64,000 nt of DNA from an uncultured Verrucomicrobiae bacterium (GTDB lineage: Bacteria > Verrucomicrobiota > Verrucomicrobiia > Limisphaerales > Palsa-1400), in assembly GCA_963707025.1 (NCBI GenBank), contig CAVPOM010000002.1, positions 32,001 to 96,000 on the forward strand. Reading direction: 5' to 3'. The first letter of the stretch is position 1, and the number at the start of each line of letters is the position of its first letter. Of this stretch, positions 10,066-20,286 are shown in pieces. The notes beneath the pieces are model-generated. The model was given only the letters and a program-made list of their open reading frames with translations, was not told the origin of the DNA and ran no database searches. The position numbers were made by a program, and so were the translations under genes.

Positions 10066-13000
10066 TCATGCTGTGGACCCCTTCACACCGGGGTTGTTGG
10101 CCACGGCCCCGGCCGGCGCCAGCCGCTCCAGGGATCGCGACCGCCACAGGTAATAAATGGCCGGATAGACCAGCAGTTCCATGAGGGTGGAGGTGACGAC
10201 GCCGCCCATCATCGGAGTGGCGATGCGTTTCATCACGTCTGCGCCCGCGCCGTGGCTCCAGAGAATGGGCGCCAGGCCGGCCAGAATCACGCAGGCCGTC
10301 ATGGCTTTCGGGCGGACGCGCTTGACTGCGCCGTGATAGATGGCGTCGCGCAGATCGGTCACGTTGCGCATCCGGTCTCTTTTAATCCACTCCCCGTGGG
10401 CGATGTCAAGATAGAGCAACATGACAACCCCGGTCTCGGCGTCCAAGCCTGCCAGGGCAATGATGCCCACCCACACGGCGACGCTCAGGTTGTAGCCGAG
10501 CCAGTAGATGGCCGCGAATGCGCCCACCAGCGAGAAGGGAACGGCCAGCATCACGATGGCGGTCTTAATGGCCGAACGAGTGTTGAGGTAAAGGATGAGC
10601 ACGATGATGAGCAGCGTCAGCGGCACCATGAGCATCAGCCGCGCTTTGGCCCGCTGCATGTATTCATATTGGCCGCTCCAAAAAAGGCTGTAGCCGCCCG
10701 GCAGTTTGATTTGGCCTTGGGCCACGGCGTCGTTGACGGCGCGCATGGCCGATTGAACATAAGTGCCGAGGTCTTTGCCCTTCACGTCCACATAAATCCA
10801 GGCGTTGGGTACGGCGCCCTCGCTTTTAATTCCCATCGGGCCATGCACCGTTTCGATTTTCGCCAACTGGCCGAGCGGCACTTGCGCCCCGCTGGCTGTG
10901 GGCACGCTGATGTCGCGCAACGCCCCGAGGTTCTCCCGGAAATCCCGGCTGTAGCGCAAATTAACCGCGTAACGTTCCAAGCCCTCCACCGTGGTCGTCA
11001 GCGGCATTCCCCCTAGCGCCACTTCCAGCACCTCCTGCACGTCGCCAACACGCAGGCCGTAACGGGCGATGGCGTCCCGGTCCATCGTGATCTCGATGTA
11101 GTTTCCCCCCATCGTGCGCTCGGCAAAGGCGCTCAACGTGCCGGGCACGGTTTTTACTACCGCCTCTACCTCTGACGCCACGCGCTCCAGCACCGCGAGG
11201 TCGGGTCCGGCGATCTTGATGCCGACGGGTGTCTTGATGCCGGTGGCCAGCATGCCGATGCGCGTCTCGATGGGCATCGTCCAGAGATTGCCGAGACCGG
11301 GGAATTGAAGCGCGTTGTTCAACGCGTCTTCCAATTCATCCGGCGTGCGGCGGCGATGCGCGATGACGCGGCCGCCGTCGTCCTTGATGTCCACCGCCGG
11401 CCATTGTTCTTCGGGCTTGAGTCTGATCGTGGTTTCGATCATGTCCATTGGCGCGGGATCGGTGGCCGTTTCGGCGCGGCCAATTTTGCCGAAGACGTTT
11501 TGCGCCTCTGGAAAGGTTTTGATGATTTTATCGGTTTGCTGCAGGACTTGGCGCGCGGTGGTCGGGCCGAGGCCTGGAAACGTGGTGGGCATGTAGAGCA
11601 AATCGCCTTCGTACAGGCGGGGCATGAACTCCGAACCGAGGTTCTGATAGGGGAAGAACTTTCCGGCTTTGAAAGCCCATTCCTTGACTTTGCCGTCCGG
11701 CAGCAGGCGCGCGGTCACCGTGTTCCACGGCAAGAACACCCAAACCACCAGCATGGCGGCCGTCGTGACGACGGCCCAGCGCCATTTGATCACGAAATCA
11801 ATCGCCGGATGATAGAGCCACAGCAGGAAGCGGTTGAGGGGGTTTTTCTCTTCGGCTGGGATTTTGCCACGGATAAAAAATCCCATCAAAACCGGCGCCA
11901 GCGTGATGGAGAGCAACGCGGCTGCGCCCATCGAATACGTTTTGGTGAACGCCAGCGGCTTGAAGAGCCGGCCTTCCTGCGCCTGGAACGTGAAGATGGG
12001 AAGGAAGGACACCGTAATGACCAGCAGTGAGTAGAAGAGCGTCGGCCCGACTTCGACGGCGGCGTCGCGGATGATGTCCCAATGCGGTTTCCGGCCCCGG
12101 TCACGCTCGAGATGTTTATGGGCGTTTTCAATCATGATGATGACCGCGTCCACCATCGCGCCGATGGCGATGGCGATGCCGCCCAGCGACATGATATTCG
12201 AGCTGAGGCCCTGGCCAAACATGACCAGAAACGAAATCAGCACCGCCACGGGCAGGATGATGATGGCCACCAGCGAACTGCGCAGGTGCATCAGGAACGC
12301 CAGGCAGACCAGCGCGACCACCATGCTTTCCTCAATGAGTTTTTCTTCGAGCGTTTTCACCGCGCGATCAATCAGCGCGCTGCGGTCGTAGGCGATCGTG
12401 TACTTCACGTCCGCCGGCAGTCCCTTCATCGCCGCGTCGAGCCTGGTCTTCACGTCGAGGATGACCTGGCGGGCGTTGGCGCCGTAGCGCACCACCACGA
12501 TGCCGCCGACGGTTTCTCCCTCGCCGTTCAACTCGGCGATGCCGCGCCGCATGTCGGGGCCGAGCTCGACGTTGGCCACCTGGCTGAGGAGAATCGGCAC
12601 GCCGTTGTCACCCAGGCCCACCGCCACTTTGCGCAGGTCGTCCAGGCTTTGCACGTAGCCCTTGACCCGCAGGATGAATTCCTTTTCCGACAATTCGATG
12701 GAACGACCGCCCACCTCGCCATTGCTGCGCTGGACCGCCGTCGCCACCTCGGAAATGGAAAGGTTGTAGGCCCGCAGTTTGGCTGGATCCACCGTGACTT
12801 GGTATTGCTTGACGAAGCCGCCGATGGAGGCGACTTCCGAAACGCCTTCCACCGCGGCCAGTTGGTAGCGCAGATACCAATCCTGCATCGAGCGCAGTTG
12901 GGCCAGGTCGCGGTTGGTCGAGTTGAGCGAATACATGAACGCCCAACCCACGCCGGTGGCATCCGGGCCGAGGCTCGGGGTGACGCCTTGCGGCAGCCGG

Positions 13001-13356
13001 CCGCTCAAGCCGCTGAGATATTCCAGCACCCGGCTGCGCGCCCAATAGGGATCGGTGCCGTCCTCAAAAATGACATAGACAAAGCTGAATCCGTAAAATG
13101 AATAGCCGCGCACCACTTTTGCCTTCGGCACGGAAAGCATTTTGGTCGTGATAGGATAGGTTACCTGGTCCTGGACAATTTGCGGCGCCTGGCCCGGCCA
13201 TTCCGTGTAGATGATCACCTGCACGTCCGACAGGTCGGGGATGGCGTCCAGCGGAATATTGCGCACGGCATAAATGCCGCCGAGCACGAGCATAATCGTA
13301 CCGAGAAGAACAATGAATTTGTTCTTGAGCGAAAAATCTATGATGCCTTTGAGCAT
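10066..13356 (-). CDS. cusA: CusA/SilA-type heavy-metal efflux RND transporter
   Basis: DAIPDLSDVQVI, LGPDATGVGW, MSLGGIAIAIGAMVDA, TATDPAP, KRIATPMMGG; 1096 aa. Confidence 0.95.
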   Translation of the reverse strand: MLKGIIDFSLKNKFIVLLGTIMLVLGGIYAVRNIPLDAIPDLSDVQVIIYTEWPGQAPQIVQDQVTYPITTKMLSVPKAKVVRGYSFYGFSFVYVIFEDGTDPYWARSRVLEYLSGLSGRLPQGVTPSLGPDATGVGWAFMYSLNSTNRDLAQLRSMQDWYLRYQLAAVEGVSEVASIGGFVKQYQVTVDPAKLRAYNLSISEVATAVQRSNGEVGGRSIELSEKEFILRVKGYVQSLDDLRKVAVGLGDNGVPILLSQVANVELGPDMRRGIAELNGEGETVGGIVVVRYGANARQVILDVKTRLDAAMKGLPADVKYTIAYDRSALIDRAVKTLEEKLIEESMVVALVCLAFLMHLRSSLVAIIILPVAVLISFLVMFGQGLSSNIMSLGGIAIAIGAMVDAVIIMIENAHKHLERDRGRKPHWDIIRDAAVEVGPTLFYSLLVITVSFLPIFTFQAQEGRLFKPLAFTKTYSMGAAALLSITLAPVLMGFFIRGKIPAEEKNPLNRFLLWLYHPAIDFVIKWRWAVVTTAAMLVVWVFLPWNTVTARLLPDGKVKEWAFKAGKFFPYQNLGSEFMPRLYEGDLLYMPTTFPGLGPTTARQVLQQTDKIIKTFPEAQNVFGKIGRAETATDPAPMDMIETTIRLKPEEQWPAVDIKDDGGRVIAHRRRTPDELEDALNNALQFPGLGNLWTMPIETRIGMLATGIKTPVGIKIAGPDLAVLERVASEVEAVVKTVPGTLSAFAERTMGGNYIEITMDRDAIARYGLRVGDVQEVLEVALGGMPLTTTVEGLERYAVNLRYSRDFRENLGALRDISVPTASGAQVPLGQLAKIETVHGPMGIKSEGAVPNAWIYVDVKGKDLGTYVQSAMRAVNDAVAQGQIKLPGGYSLFWSGQYEYMQRAKARLMLMVPLTLLIIVLILYLNTRSAIKTAIVMLAVPFSLVGAFAAIYWLGYNLSVAVWVGIIALAGLDAETGVVMLLYLDIAHGEWIKRDRMRNVTDLRDAIYHGAVKRVRPKAMTACVILAGLAPILWSHGAGADVMKRIATPMMGGVVTSTLMELLVYPAIYYLWRSRSLERLAPAGAVANNPGVKGSTA

Positions 13357-13371
13357 GATCGTCTTTCGTCC

Positions 13372-13953
13372 TCAGGCGCCTTTGGCCGTCTTCTTGCCGA
13401 CCCGGTAAGACGGGCCTTCTTCTTTGATGTGGAATCCAATTTCCCTTTTCGGCGCGTCGGGCGGCGGGGTTGGGGCCATGAGCTGGCGGATGGCCTCGAA
13501 AAGGGAGTGAATGCCCGCGTCATGGCTTTCGATCTTACGTTCCAGTTCGGCCAGTTGGTACGCCAATTCCTTGTGCAAAGATAACGCCTCGCGAAGCCGG
13601 ACGAAGGCGCGCATCATGGCGACATTGACCTGAACGGCCCGGTGGCTGCGCAAAATGCCGGACAACATGGCAACTCCCTGCTCGGTAAAGGCAGAGGGGA
13701 GATATTTGTAATGCTGTCCGCGCTTTAAGATTCCAGATTGGAATCTTAAAGACTCCGCTTCCTCAACCGTGAGTTGAAACATAAAGTCCCCGGGGAAGCG
13801 GTCCAGGTTCCGCTTCACCGCCTTGTTCAGGTTGCTGGTCCTCACACCGTAAAGAGCCGCCAAGTCGCGGTCCAGCATCACCCTTTGGCTGCGAATGAGG
13901 AAAATGGCGTTTTCAACGTCAGGTGCGGCCAGGAGATGGGGCGTTGTTTTCAT
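13372..13953 (-). CDS. ORF6N (KilA-N-like) DNA-binding domain protein
   Basis: RVMLDRDLAALYGV.T..LNKAVKRN.DRFP.DFMFQLT, AFTEQGVAMLS, C-terminal REIGF. Confidence 0.9.
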   Translation of the reverse strand: MKTTPHLLAAPDVENAIFLIRSQRVMLDRDLAALYGVRTSNLNKAVKRNLDRFPGDFMFQLTVEEAESLRFQSGILKRGQHYKYLPSAFTEQGVAMLSGILRSHRAVQVNVAMMRAFVRLREALSLHKELAYQLAELERKIESHDAGIHSLFEAIRQLMAPTPPPDAPKREIGFHIKEEGPSYRVGKKTAKGA

Positions 13954-13983
13954 GGACTTGGGAGCAACAAAGGTCGTGCGCGT

Positions 13984-15708
13984 TCATTCGCGGACCGCAG
14001 CCCCCGCAGGCAGGTTGGTCGGCGGCGCTTCCATTATTGGAATAAGTGTCATGCCGCACTTGGGGCACTTGCCCGGTTTGTCGGACCGCACTTCGCTGTG
14101 CTCAGGCATCGGGCAGGTGTAATAAAGAATTTTCCCCCCGGGCTGCAGTTTCTTCAGCGTCTCTTCAGACACGGGCACGAGCGTCATGCCGCAGATGGGA
14201 CATTGGCCAGGATGGTCGTAGGCGATGGCGACATGCTCCGGCATCGGGCAGATGTATTTCAAAGCCCCGGCAGACCCGGAGGATGATGCCTTGCCGGCGT
14301 TGGGGGTGGAAGACAGGCCCGTTTTCTCCCCCTCCGCCAGCTCGGACGACTTCTTCGGCTCCAGCATTTTCTGAATCGCCTCGCGAAGCTGGCTCTCCGA
14401 ATCGAGCATGAACTGGCCCGACGTGACAATGCGCTCGCCCTCCTTCAATCCGCTCAGGACTTGATACTCGTCGTTCTCCGCCTGCGGCCCGAGGGTGACG
14501 GAGCGCGGGTCAAATTTTCCGCCGTCCAACGCCACGAACACGGTGGTCTTCTCGCCGCTGCGCAGGATGGCCATGTCTGGCACCAGCAGCGCGGATGGCT
14601 CCAGTTCGGACGTGACCTGCACGGTGGCAAACATGCCGGGTTTGAGGAAGTAGCCCGGATTGTGGAACTCCATCCGCACCCGGGCCGTGCGCGTTTTCAC
14701 GTCCACGCTCGGATAGATGTAGGTGACCCGCCCGCGAAACTCCCGGTCCGGCAGGTACGAGAGCGTCACGGTCGCTTCTTGACCCAATTTGATATACGCC
14801 AAATCCTGTTCGTATATGTCCGCCTGCAGCCAGACCAGCCCCAAGTCCGCCAGCCGGAATATTTTCATGCCGGCCTCCACCATCTGGCCTTCCACCACCA
14901 TTTTTTCGGTCACGAACCCGTCCTGCGGCGCGAGGATGCGCAGGGTCTTCTGCGGCTGCCGGGTGCGCTCCAGACCGGCGATTTGATCCTCGGAAATGTC
15001 CAGGAACTTCAGCTTGGTCAGCGCGCTGGCCCGGATGGCTTCCGCCCCTGGCGTGGCGCTGCCGGCCGAACCGGCCGCCTGCAAATACTCCACCTGCGCG
15101 CTGTAGAGCTCCGGCGAATAGATTTCAAACAACGGGTCGCCGCGCATGACCAACTGGCCCGTCGTGTTCACGTCCAGCTTCTCAATCCAGCCCTTGAATT
15201 TGGTCGTCACGTCGGACATGCCCGCTTCGTTGTAGTCAATCACCCCCACCGCGCGAATGGTCCGGCGCAGCGGGCCGCGCTCCACCCGGGCGGTGCGGAT
15301 GCCCATGTTCTGAATCGTCACCGGGTCAATGGCGATGGTCTGCGACGCGCCGGCAGCCGTTTCGTCTTCATAGACCGGCGCCATGTCCATGCCCATGCTG
15401 TCCTTGCCGGGAGTCTGCCGCACTTCACCCGGCATCATGGTGGATTTGTAGTACTTGATTTTGCGTTCCCCGCTGGCCGTCGCCGATGCGCCTGCCTGTT
15501 TGCGAATCGGATTCAATTTCATGCCGCAGATCGGGCAATTCCCGGGATGATCCTGAATCACCTGCGGATGCATCCCGCAAGTGTAAAGCGTTTTGTCTTG
15601 ATCGGTCCCGCTCACGCCGTCGTGATTGGGAGCCTTGGAACACCCTGCCATGAACGCGCCAGCGCCGACCGCCGCAATGAGAACCAAAAGGGAAATGCTC
15701 TTAGTCAT
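13984..15708 (-). CDS. cusB: CusB-type periplasmic adaptor with multiple heavy-metal-binding modules
   Basis: YTCGMHP..CPICGM, PGKDSMGMDM, IYSPEL, LKPGMF, GQFMLDSES; two C-terminal CPMPEH..CP.CGM modules. Confidence 0.93.
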   Translation of the reverse strand: MTKSISLLVLIAAVGAGAFMAGCSKAPNHDGVSGTDQDKTLYTCGMHPQVIQDHPGNCPICGMKLNPIRKQAGASATASGERKIKYYKSTMMPGEVRQTPGKDSMGMDMAPVYEDETAAGASQTIAIDPVTIQNMGIRTARVERGPLRRTIRAVGVIDYNEAGMSDVTTKFKGWIEKLDVNTTGQLVMRGDPLFEIYSPELYSAQVEYLQAAGSAGSATPGAEAIRASALTKLKFLDISEDQIAGLERTRQPQKTLRILAPQDGFVTEKMVVEGQMVEAGMKIFRLADLGLVWLQADIYEQDLAYIKLGQEATVTLSYLPDREFRGRVTYIYPSVDVKTRTARVRMEFHNPGYFLKPGMFATVQVTSELEPSALLVPDMAILRSGEKTTVFVALDGGKFDPRSVTLGPQAENDEYQVLSGLKEGERIVTSGQFMLDSESQLREAIQKMLEPKKSSELAEGEKTGLSSTPNAGKASSSGSAGALKYICPMPEHVAIAYDHPGQCPICGMTLVPVSEETLKKLQPGGKILYYTCPMPEHSEVRSDKPGKCPKCGMTLIPIMEAPPTNLPAGAAVRE

Positions 15709-15715
15709 ATCAAAA

Positions 15716-17119
15716 TCAGTGTTTGAGGTTCTTGGACGCAGCCGGTGCCGCCGCGGCCCCGCCCGGAGAAGCCGGCAGAAACGGCGCGCCTTCCGGCGCG
15801 ATTCCGGCGATGGACAGCGACAGTTCCGCCAGGATAATTTCCCGGCGCGTGCGCGCCTCCACTTCCTCCAGTTGAAAGTTCAACAGCGTCCGCTCCGCAT
15901 CCGTCAGGTTGAAGAAATCAATCTGCCCGGCCAGATAGCCCGCCCGGGCAATTTCCAGGGACTTCCGCGCTTTTGGAATCAGCTTCTCCTGCAACAGGGC
16001 CAGATCGCGGGTCGCTTCCCGGTATTCGTAAGTCTTCATCGCGAAATCCACCGTCACCAGGATTTGCCCGGAACTGAGCCGCGCGGCGGCGGCGCGCTGG
16101 CCGGCCTGGGCCGCCGCGATTTGCGCCGCAATTTTGTCCCGCCAGACCGGCAGGCTCATGCTCGCCTGCGGCCAATAAAACGGCGGACTATAGACCTCGG
16201 CCTGCAACCCGGCGGAAAAATCGGGCACTTTGGATTTGCGCGCGACCGCAATGGAGGCCTCCGCCAGGCGCACCTCCGCTTCCATCGCCTTGAGGCCGGG
16301 ATTGCGCGCGAAGGCCGTGTCGAGCAACTCGTCGCCCTTCAAATCCAGCGGCGTGGTTTCAAAACCAGCCGGCGCCGCCGGGTCCGGTTGGTCGCGCGTC
16401 AGGCCCAGCGCGCCTTTGAATTGCGCCGTCAGCGGCCGGCGCGAATCTTCCAGATTGCTGATCTCCGTGGCCAGTTTGTCCTGCTCGATTTGCGCGCGAT
16501 AGACATCCTGCAACGTCACCTTCCCTACTTCGTTTTGCGTGCGGGCGCTTTTTTCCAGGTCGGCCAGCAAATTGAGCGTCTCGCGGTTGATGCGGATTTT
16601 TTCGTCGAGAAACCAAAGCTGGTAATAGGCCTGTTTGACGGCGAAGGCCGTCTCCAGCGCGGCCGTTTCAAAGGCAAAATACTTCGCCCGGCTCGCGGCG
16701 CCGGCCGCGCTGGCCGCCGCCTTCAGCTTGCCGGGGCCGGGAAAATCCTGCATCAACCCCGGCATCAGGGAGGTCAGGACATCTTGAATGTAGGCTTGCA
16801 AGGTCAGTTTTGGATCCGGCAGCGACCGCTCGACGGTGATGCGTTCGACCGAGGCCGCCCAGTCAAAGTAGGCCGCCCGCACCCGGGGTTGGGTCATGAT
16901 TGCGAACTGCAAATAGTTGCTCAACCCGGCCTTCGCATCCAATTGGGGCAAAGGCGCGCCCGGCCAATAAGCCTGTTCGACTTTCTTTAAATCACTGCGG
17001 GCTTGCCGCTCCGATGGGGCCGGCACGCCCGCGCATCCGGCCAGAAATAACACCCCCCATGAGAAGGCCGCCAATAAAGCGGGCCGGCGGCGGACGGGTG
17101 CCATGCAACGAACAATCAC
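15716..17119 (-). CDS. TolC/CusC-family outer membrane efflux lipoprotein
   Basis: LAGC lipobox, SLPDPKL, FPGPGKL, Y.AGQIDF; GTG start overlapping the upstream TGA (ATG at 17104 is an alternative). Confidence 0.88.
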   Translation of the reverse strand: MIVRCMAPVRRRPALLAAFSWGVLFLAGCAGVPAPSERQARSDLKKVEQAYWPGAPLPQLDAKAGLSNYLQFAIMTQPRVRAAYFDWAASVERITVERSLPDPKLTLQAYIQDVLTSLMPGLMQDFPGPGKLKAAASAAGAASRAKYFAFETAALETAFAVKQAYYQLWFLDEKIRINRETLNLLADLEKSARTQNEVGKVTLQDVYRAQIEQDKLATEISNLEDSRRPLTAQFKGALGLTRDQPDPAAPAGFETTPLDLKGDELLDTAFARNPGLKAMEAEVRLAEASIAVARKSKVPDFSAGLQAEVYSPPFYWPQASMSLPVWRDKIAAQIAAAQAGQRAAAARLSSGQILVTVDFAMKTYEYREATRDLALLQEKLIPKARKSLEIARAGYLAGQIDFFNLTDAERTLLNFQLEEVEARTRREIILAELSLSIAGIAPEGAPFLPASPGGAAAAPAASKNLKH

Positions 17120-17415
17120 GGCTTCGCCTTCTTTTCCTCCTCCGCCAGCTTTTTGAGGTATTTGTCCGGGTCTTTGTTGAAGTCCTTCACACAATCCTTG
17201 CAGCAGAATTTGATTTGCTGTCCCAGGTAATTGGTCGTGAACGGCTCGCCCATCTCGCCCAGCTTGTCGCCGGAGACCAGGCAAAAATTGAGGGGATACG
17301 GCTTGACCGCGGCTTGGGTCGAACCGCCCGGACGGGCGGTGTGGCATGAGCAGAGCAGCGCGGGAGCGCCGGCCAACAGGGCCAGCAGCGGGATGGCCAG
17401 TAATGTTCTTTTCAT
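17116..17415 (-). CDS. YHS/TRASH-like small exported metal-binding protein
   Basis: Signal peptide followed by CLVSGDKLGEMG...YLGQQIKFCCKDC..DFNKDPDKY. Confidence 0.82.
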   Translation of the reverse strand: MKRTLLAIPLLALLAGAPALLCSCHTARPGGSTQAAVKPYPLNFCLVSGDKLGEMGEPFTTNYLGQQIKFCCKDCVKDFNKDPDKYLKKLAEEEKKAKP

Positions 17416-17667
17416 GTTTCTCTTTCAGGTGGATTTGTTTGTTCTTTCGCCGCGCAGTCTCACCCGAGATTGGACTGCGCCCGCAAAATTCATAAGGTTA
17501 AGTGCGATTCAAATTTTGGGTCCGATGGCATGGCTGCCACGCCACTTTCCATTGCTCTGATGATTACTACGCCACCACCGCTCCATTCCCTCCGCTTTTG
17601 TTGCCTGTGCCTTGCCCTTTTTTGCCCTCCGACCCGGCAAAAGTCCAGCCGGGAAGTAATTTGGGTT

Positions 17668-17696
17668 TTGACATAAGACCGGGTCGAATTCAGCAT
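17668..17696 (+). promoter_or_regulatory. Putative sigma70 promoter of the GH109 gene
   Basis: TTGACA (17668) + 17 bp + CAGCAT (17691), 24 nt before ATG 17721. Confidence 0.5.
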
Positions 17697-17720
17697 TCCC
17701 GTCTAAACGAAGGAACCACC

Positions 17721-19172
17721 ATGCAAAAAAAGCACTCTTCCCGCCGGGATTTTTTGAAGCAATCCGCGCTGGCCGGTGTGGCGGCGTCCATGACCGGCGC
17801 CTTGACCGGCTGTGCGGCGCCGGGCAGCGCCGGCGCCATCACCCTCCCCAGCGGGGTCTCCCTTGGCGGACGCATCGGTGAGACGCGCCCGCGTCCCTCC
17901 GGCCAGCAACCGGTCCACCAACTGACCACCCAGCCGCTGGGGCGGGTGCGCGTGGCCTTCATTGGTTGCGGCGGACGGGGCACCAGCCTGATCGGCGATG
18001 TCCTGGGCATCGAATTTGCCGATGTGGTGGCGGTGTGCGACCTGCGAGCAGAGCGGGCGGAGTCGGCCACCGGACGCGTGGAAAAGGCCCGCGGCAAACG
18101 CCCCGCCGTTTTTGGCGGCACTGAGAGCATCTGGGAAAAACTGTGCGAGCTTCCGGGCATTGACGTGGTCTATGTTGCCACTCCCTGGGAATGGCACGCG
18201 CCCATGGCCGTCCGCGCCATGGAGCGCGGCCAGCACGCCTTCGTCGAGGTCTCGGCGGCGGTGACAGTGGACGATGGCTGGCGGCTGGTGGATACCAGTG
18301 AGCGCACGCAGAAGCATTGTTTGATCCTCGAGAACTGTTGTTACGGCGAGAACGAACTCTTTGTCTTGAACCTGGCGCGGCAGGGGGTTTTCGGCGAACT
18401 CAACCATGCCGAGTGCGCTTACCTTCACGACCTGCGCAGTTTGCTTTTTGATCTCAACGGCGAGGGTCTCTGGCGGCGCCATTATCACCTGGCCTACAAC
18501 GGCAATCTCTATCCCACTCACGGCCTCGGCCCGGTCGCGCAACACCTCGGCATCGGGCGCGGCGACCAGTTCAAATTCCTGGTCTCCACCAGCTCCCCGG
18601 AACAGGGGCTTTCCAAGTGGGAGCGCGACCACCACCCGAACGGCGGCCAACAGGCCGGCGAAAAATACCTCTGCGGCGACATGAACACCTCCCTCATCAA
18701 GACCGAACTGGGCCGCACCATCATGCTCCAGCACGACGTCGTCAGCCCGCGCCCTTATAGCCGCATCAACGCCTTGTACGGCACCGGCGCCGTCTTTTTT
18801 GATTACCCGCCGCGCCTGTCAATCAATCAGCCAAAGCAGTTCGGCCTGGCCGCCAACAGTTCGGAGGACTGGCTCAGCCCGGGCGACCTGGCGAAAATGC
18901 GCGACAAGTTCACCCATCCGCTCTGGCGCAATCTGGCGGAACGCGCCAAGGGGTCCGGCCACGGCGGCATGGACTTCGTGGAAAACTGGCGGCACCTGGA
19001 TTGCCTTCGCCAGGGAATCACCCCGGACATCACCGTCTATGACGCGGCGGCTTGGAGCAGCATCATCGAACTGTCCGCCCGATCCGTGGCCACCGGCAGC
19101 GCCCCGGTGCCCATTCCCGATTTCACCCGCGGCCTCTGGAAGTCCAGGCCACCCCTGGGCATCGTCAGTTGA
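17721..19172 (+). CDS. Tat-exported Gfo/Idh/MocA protein, glycoside hydrolase family 109-like (alpha-N-acetylgalactosaminidase)
   Basis: SRRDFLK Tat signal, GCGGRG, ATPWEWH, LENCCY, GNLYPTHGLGP, HGGMD. Confidence 0.9.
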   Translation: MQKKHSSRRDFLKQSALAGVAASMTGALTGCAAPGSAGAITLPSGVSLGGRIGETRPRPSGQQPVHQLTTQPLGRVRVAFIGCGGRGTSLIGDVLGIEFADVVAVCDLRAERAESATGRVEKARGKRPAVFGGTESIWEKLCELPGIDVVYVATPWEWHAPMAVRAMERGQHAFVEVSAAVTVDDGWRLVDTSERTQKHCLILENCCYGENELFVLNLARQGVFGELNHAECAYLHDLRSLLFDLNGEGLWRRHYHLAYNGNLYPTHGLGPVAQHLGIGRGDQFKFLVSTSSPEQGLSKWERDHHPNGGQQAGEKYLCGDMNTSLIKTELGRTIMLQHDVVSPRPYSRINALYGTGAVFFDYPPRLSINQPKQFGLAANSSEDWLSPGDLAKMRDKFTHPLWRNLAERAKGSGHGGMDFVENWRHLDCLRQGITPDITVYDAAAWSSIIELSARSVATGSAPVPIPDFTRGLWKSRPPLGIVS

Positions 19173-19301
19173 TCTCCCCGTCGCGCCCGGCTATGAGGCC
19201 GGCATGCTTTCCGAGGGAGCAGTGCGGCCCGACGCCGATGCAGGTGGCGCGGGTGCTTTTAAATTTCCAAAGAATTTATTTGCATTTGTTTTATTTCATT
19301 T

Positions 19302-19327
19302 TATATTCAACCATATGGTTGAATATA
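19302..19327. promoter_or_regulatory. Perfect 26-bp palindromic operator overlapping the arsR start codon
   Basis: TATATTCAACCAT|ATGGTTGAATATA. Confidence 0.8.
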
Positions 19328-19674
19328 GCTCAAGGTTGTTGGACCGGACTTTTGGGGCGCTGGCGGATGCGACGCGGCGGCGGATTTTGGCGCAGTTGGC
19401 GAAGGGCGGGGAGTGCGTGACGGATCTGGCGCGGCCGCATGCGATGTCGCTGGCGGCGGTGTCCAAGCATGTGATCGTTTTGGAGAAGGCGGGATCGGTG
19501 AGGCGGCGCCGGCACGGGCGGGTGCATTCGTTGACGCTGGAGGCGAAGCCGATGAAGGAGGCGCAGGCGTGGATCGAGCGGTACCGGAAGTTTTGGGAGG
19601 GGAATCTGGATCAGTTGGAAAAATATTTGAACAAACTGCAAACAAAGGAGACCAAACAAGATGACGATAAATAA
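19315..19674 (+). CDS. ArsR/SmtB-family transcriptional regulator
   Basis: TFGALADATRRRIL..L, SLAAVSKH..VLEKAG, W...YRKFW. Confidence 0.9.
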   Translation: MVEYSSRLLDRTFGALADATRRRILAQLAKGGECVTDLARPHAMSLAAVSKHVIVLEKAGSVRRRRHGRVHSLTLEAKPMKEAQAWIERYRKFWEGNLDQLEKYLNKLQTKETKQDDDK

Positions 19675-20149
19675 TGAAGTGCAGAAGCCGGATGACGCGA
19701 CGCTGGTCGTGAGGCGAGTGTTGAACGCGACGCCGGAGCGGGCGTTCCAGGCGTGGACATCGGCGGAACATATCCAACAATGGATGCGGCCGGAACCGGG
19801 GATGGTGGTTCCGCTGGCGAGCATGGATTTGCGGGTGGGGGGAAAATTCCGCATTCAGATGAAGATGCCGGACGGGGAATTTTTTACGGCGTCGGGGGAG
19901 TTCCGCGAGGTGAAGGCGCCCGAGCGGCTGGTTTACACATGGGATTGGGAGAAGGATGCGAGTGGCGCCGAGTTTGGCGAGGTGGAGGGGAAGCCGTCGC
20001 TGGTCACGGTGGAGTTTCTGAGGCGGGGCGAGCGGACGGAGCTGGTGCTGACGCACAGCCGGTTCGCCACGGTGGAGAGCCGGGACAACCACGCGCGGGG
20101 CTGGGGCAAAATTGCGGAGAGCTTTGCGAGCTTTGTGGAGAAAGGATGA
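19661..20149 (+). CDS. SRPBCC (AHSA1) domain protein
   Basis: RRVLNATPER.FQAWT, DLRVGGKFRI, PERLVYTW, H.RGW. Confidence 0.9.
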   Translation: MTINNEVQKPDDATLVVRRVLNATPERAFQAWTSAEHIQQWMRPEPGMVVPLASMDLRVGGKFRIQMKMPDGEFFTASGEFREVKAPERLVYTWDWEKDASGAEFGEVEGKPSLVTVEFLRRGERTELVLTHSRFATVESRDNHARGWGKIAESFASFVEKG

Positions 20150-20256
20150 CGCGACGCATGGCAAGGCCGGATTTTTTGGCCACGGATGTCATAGTTAAGA
20201 GGGGGCGGCTCTGTCGTCTGCCCGCTCTTCAATCTGATTTTTCCACTTCCCCGGAA

Positions 20257-20286
20257 GATTAGGATTAAGATCAAGATTAAGAATTG
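20257..20286. repeat. Degenerate hexamer tandem repeat (GATTAA)n
   Basis: GATTAG GATTAA GATCAA GATTAA GAATTG. Confidence 0.75.
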
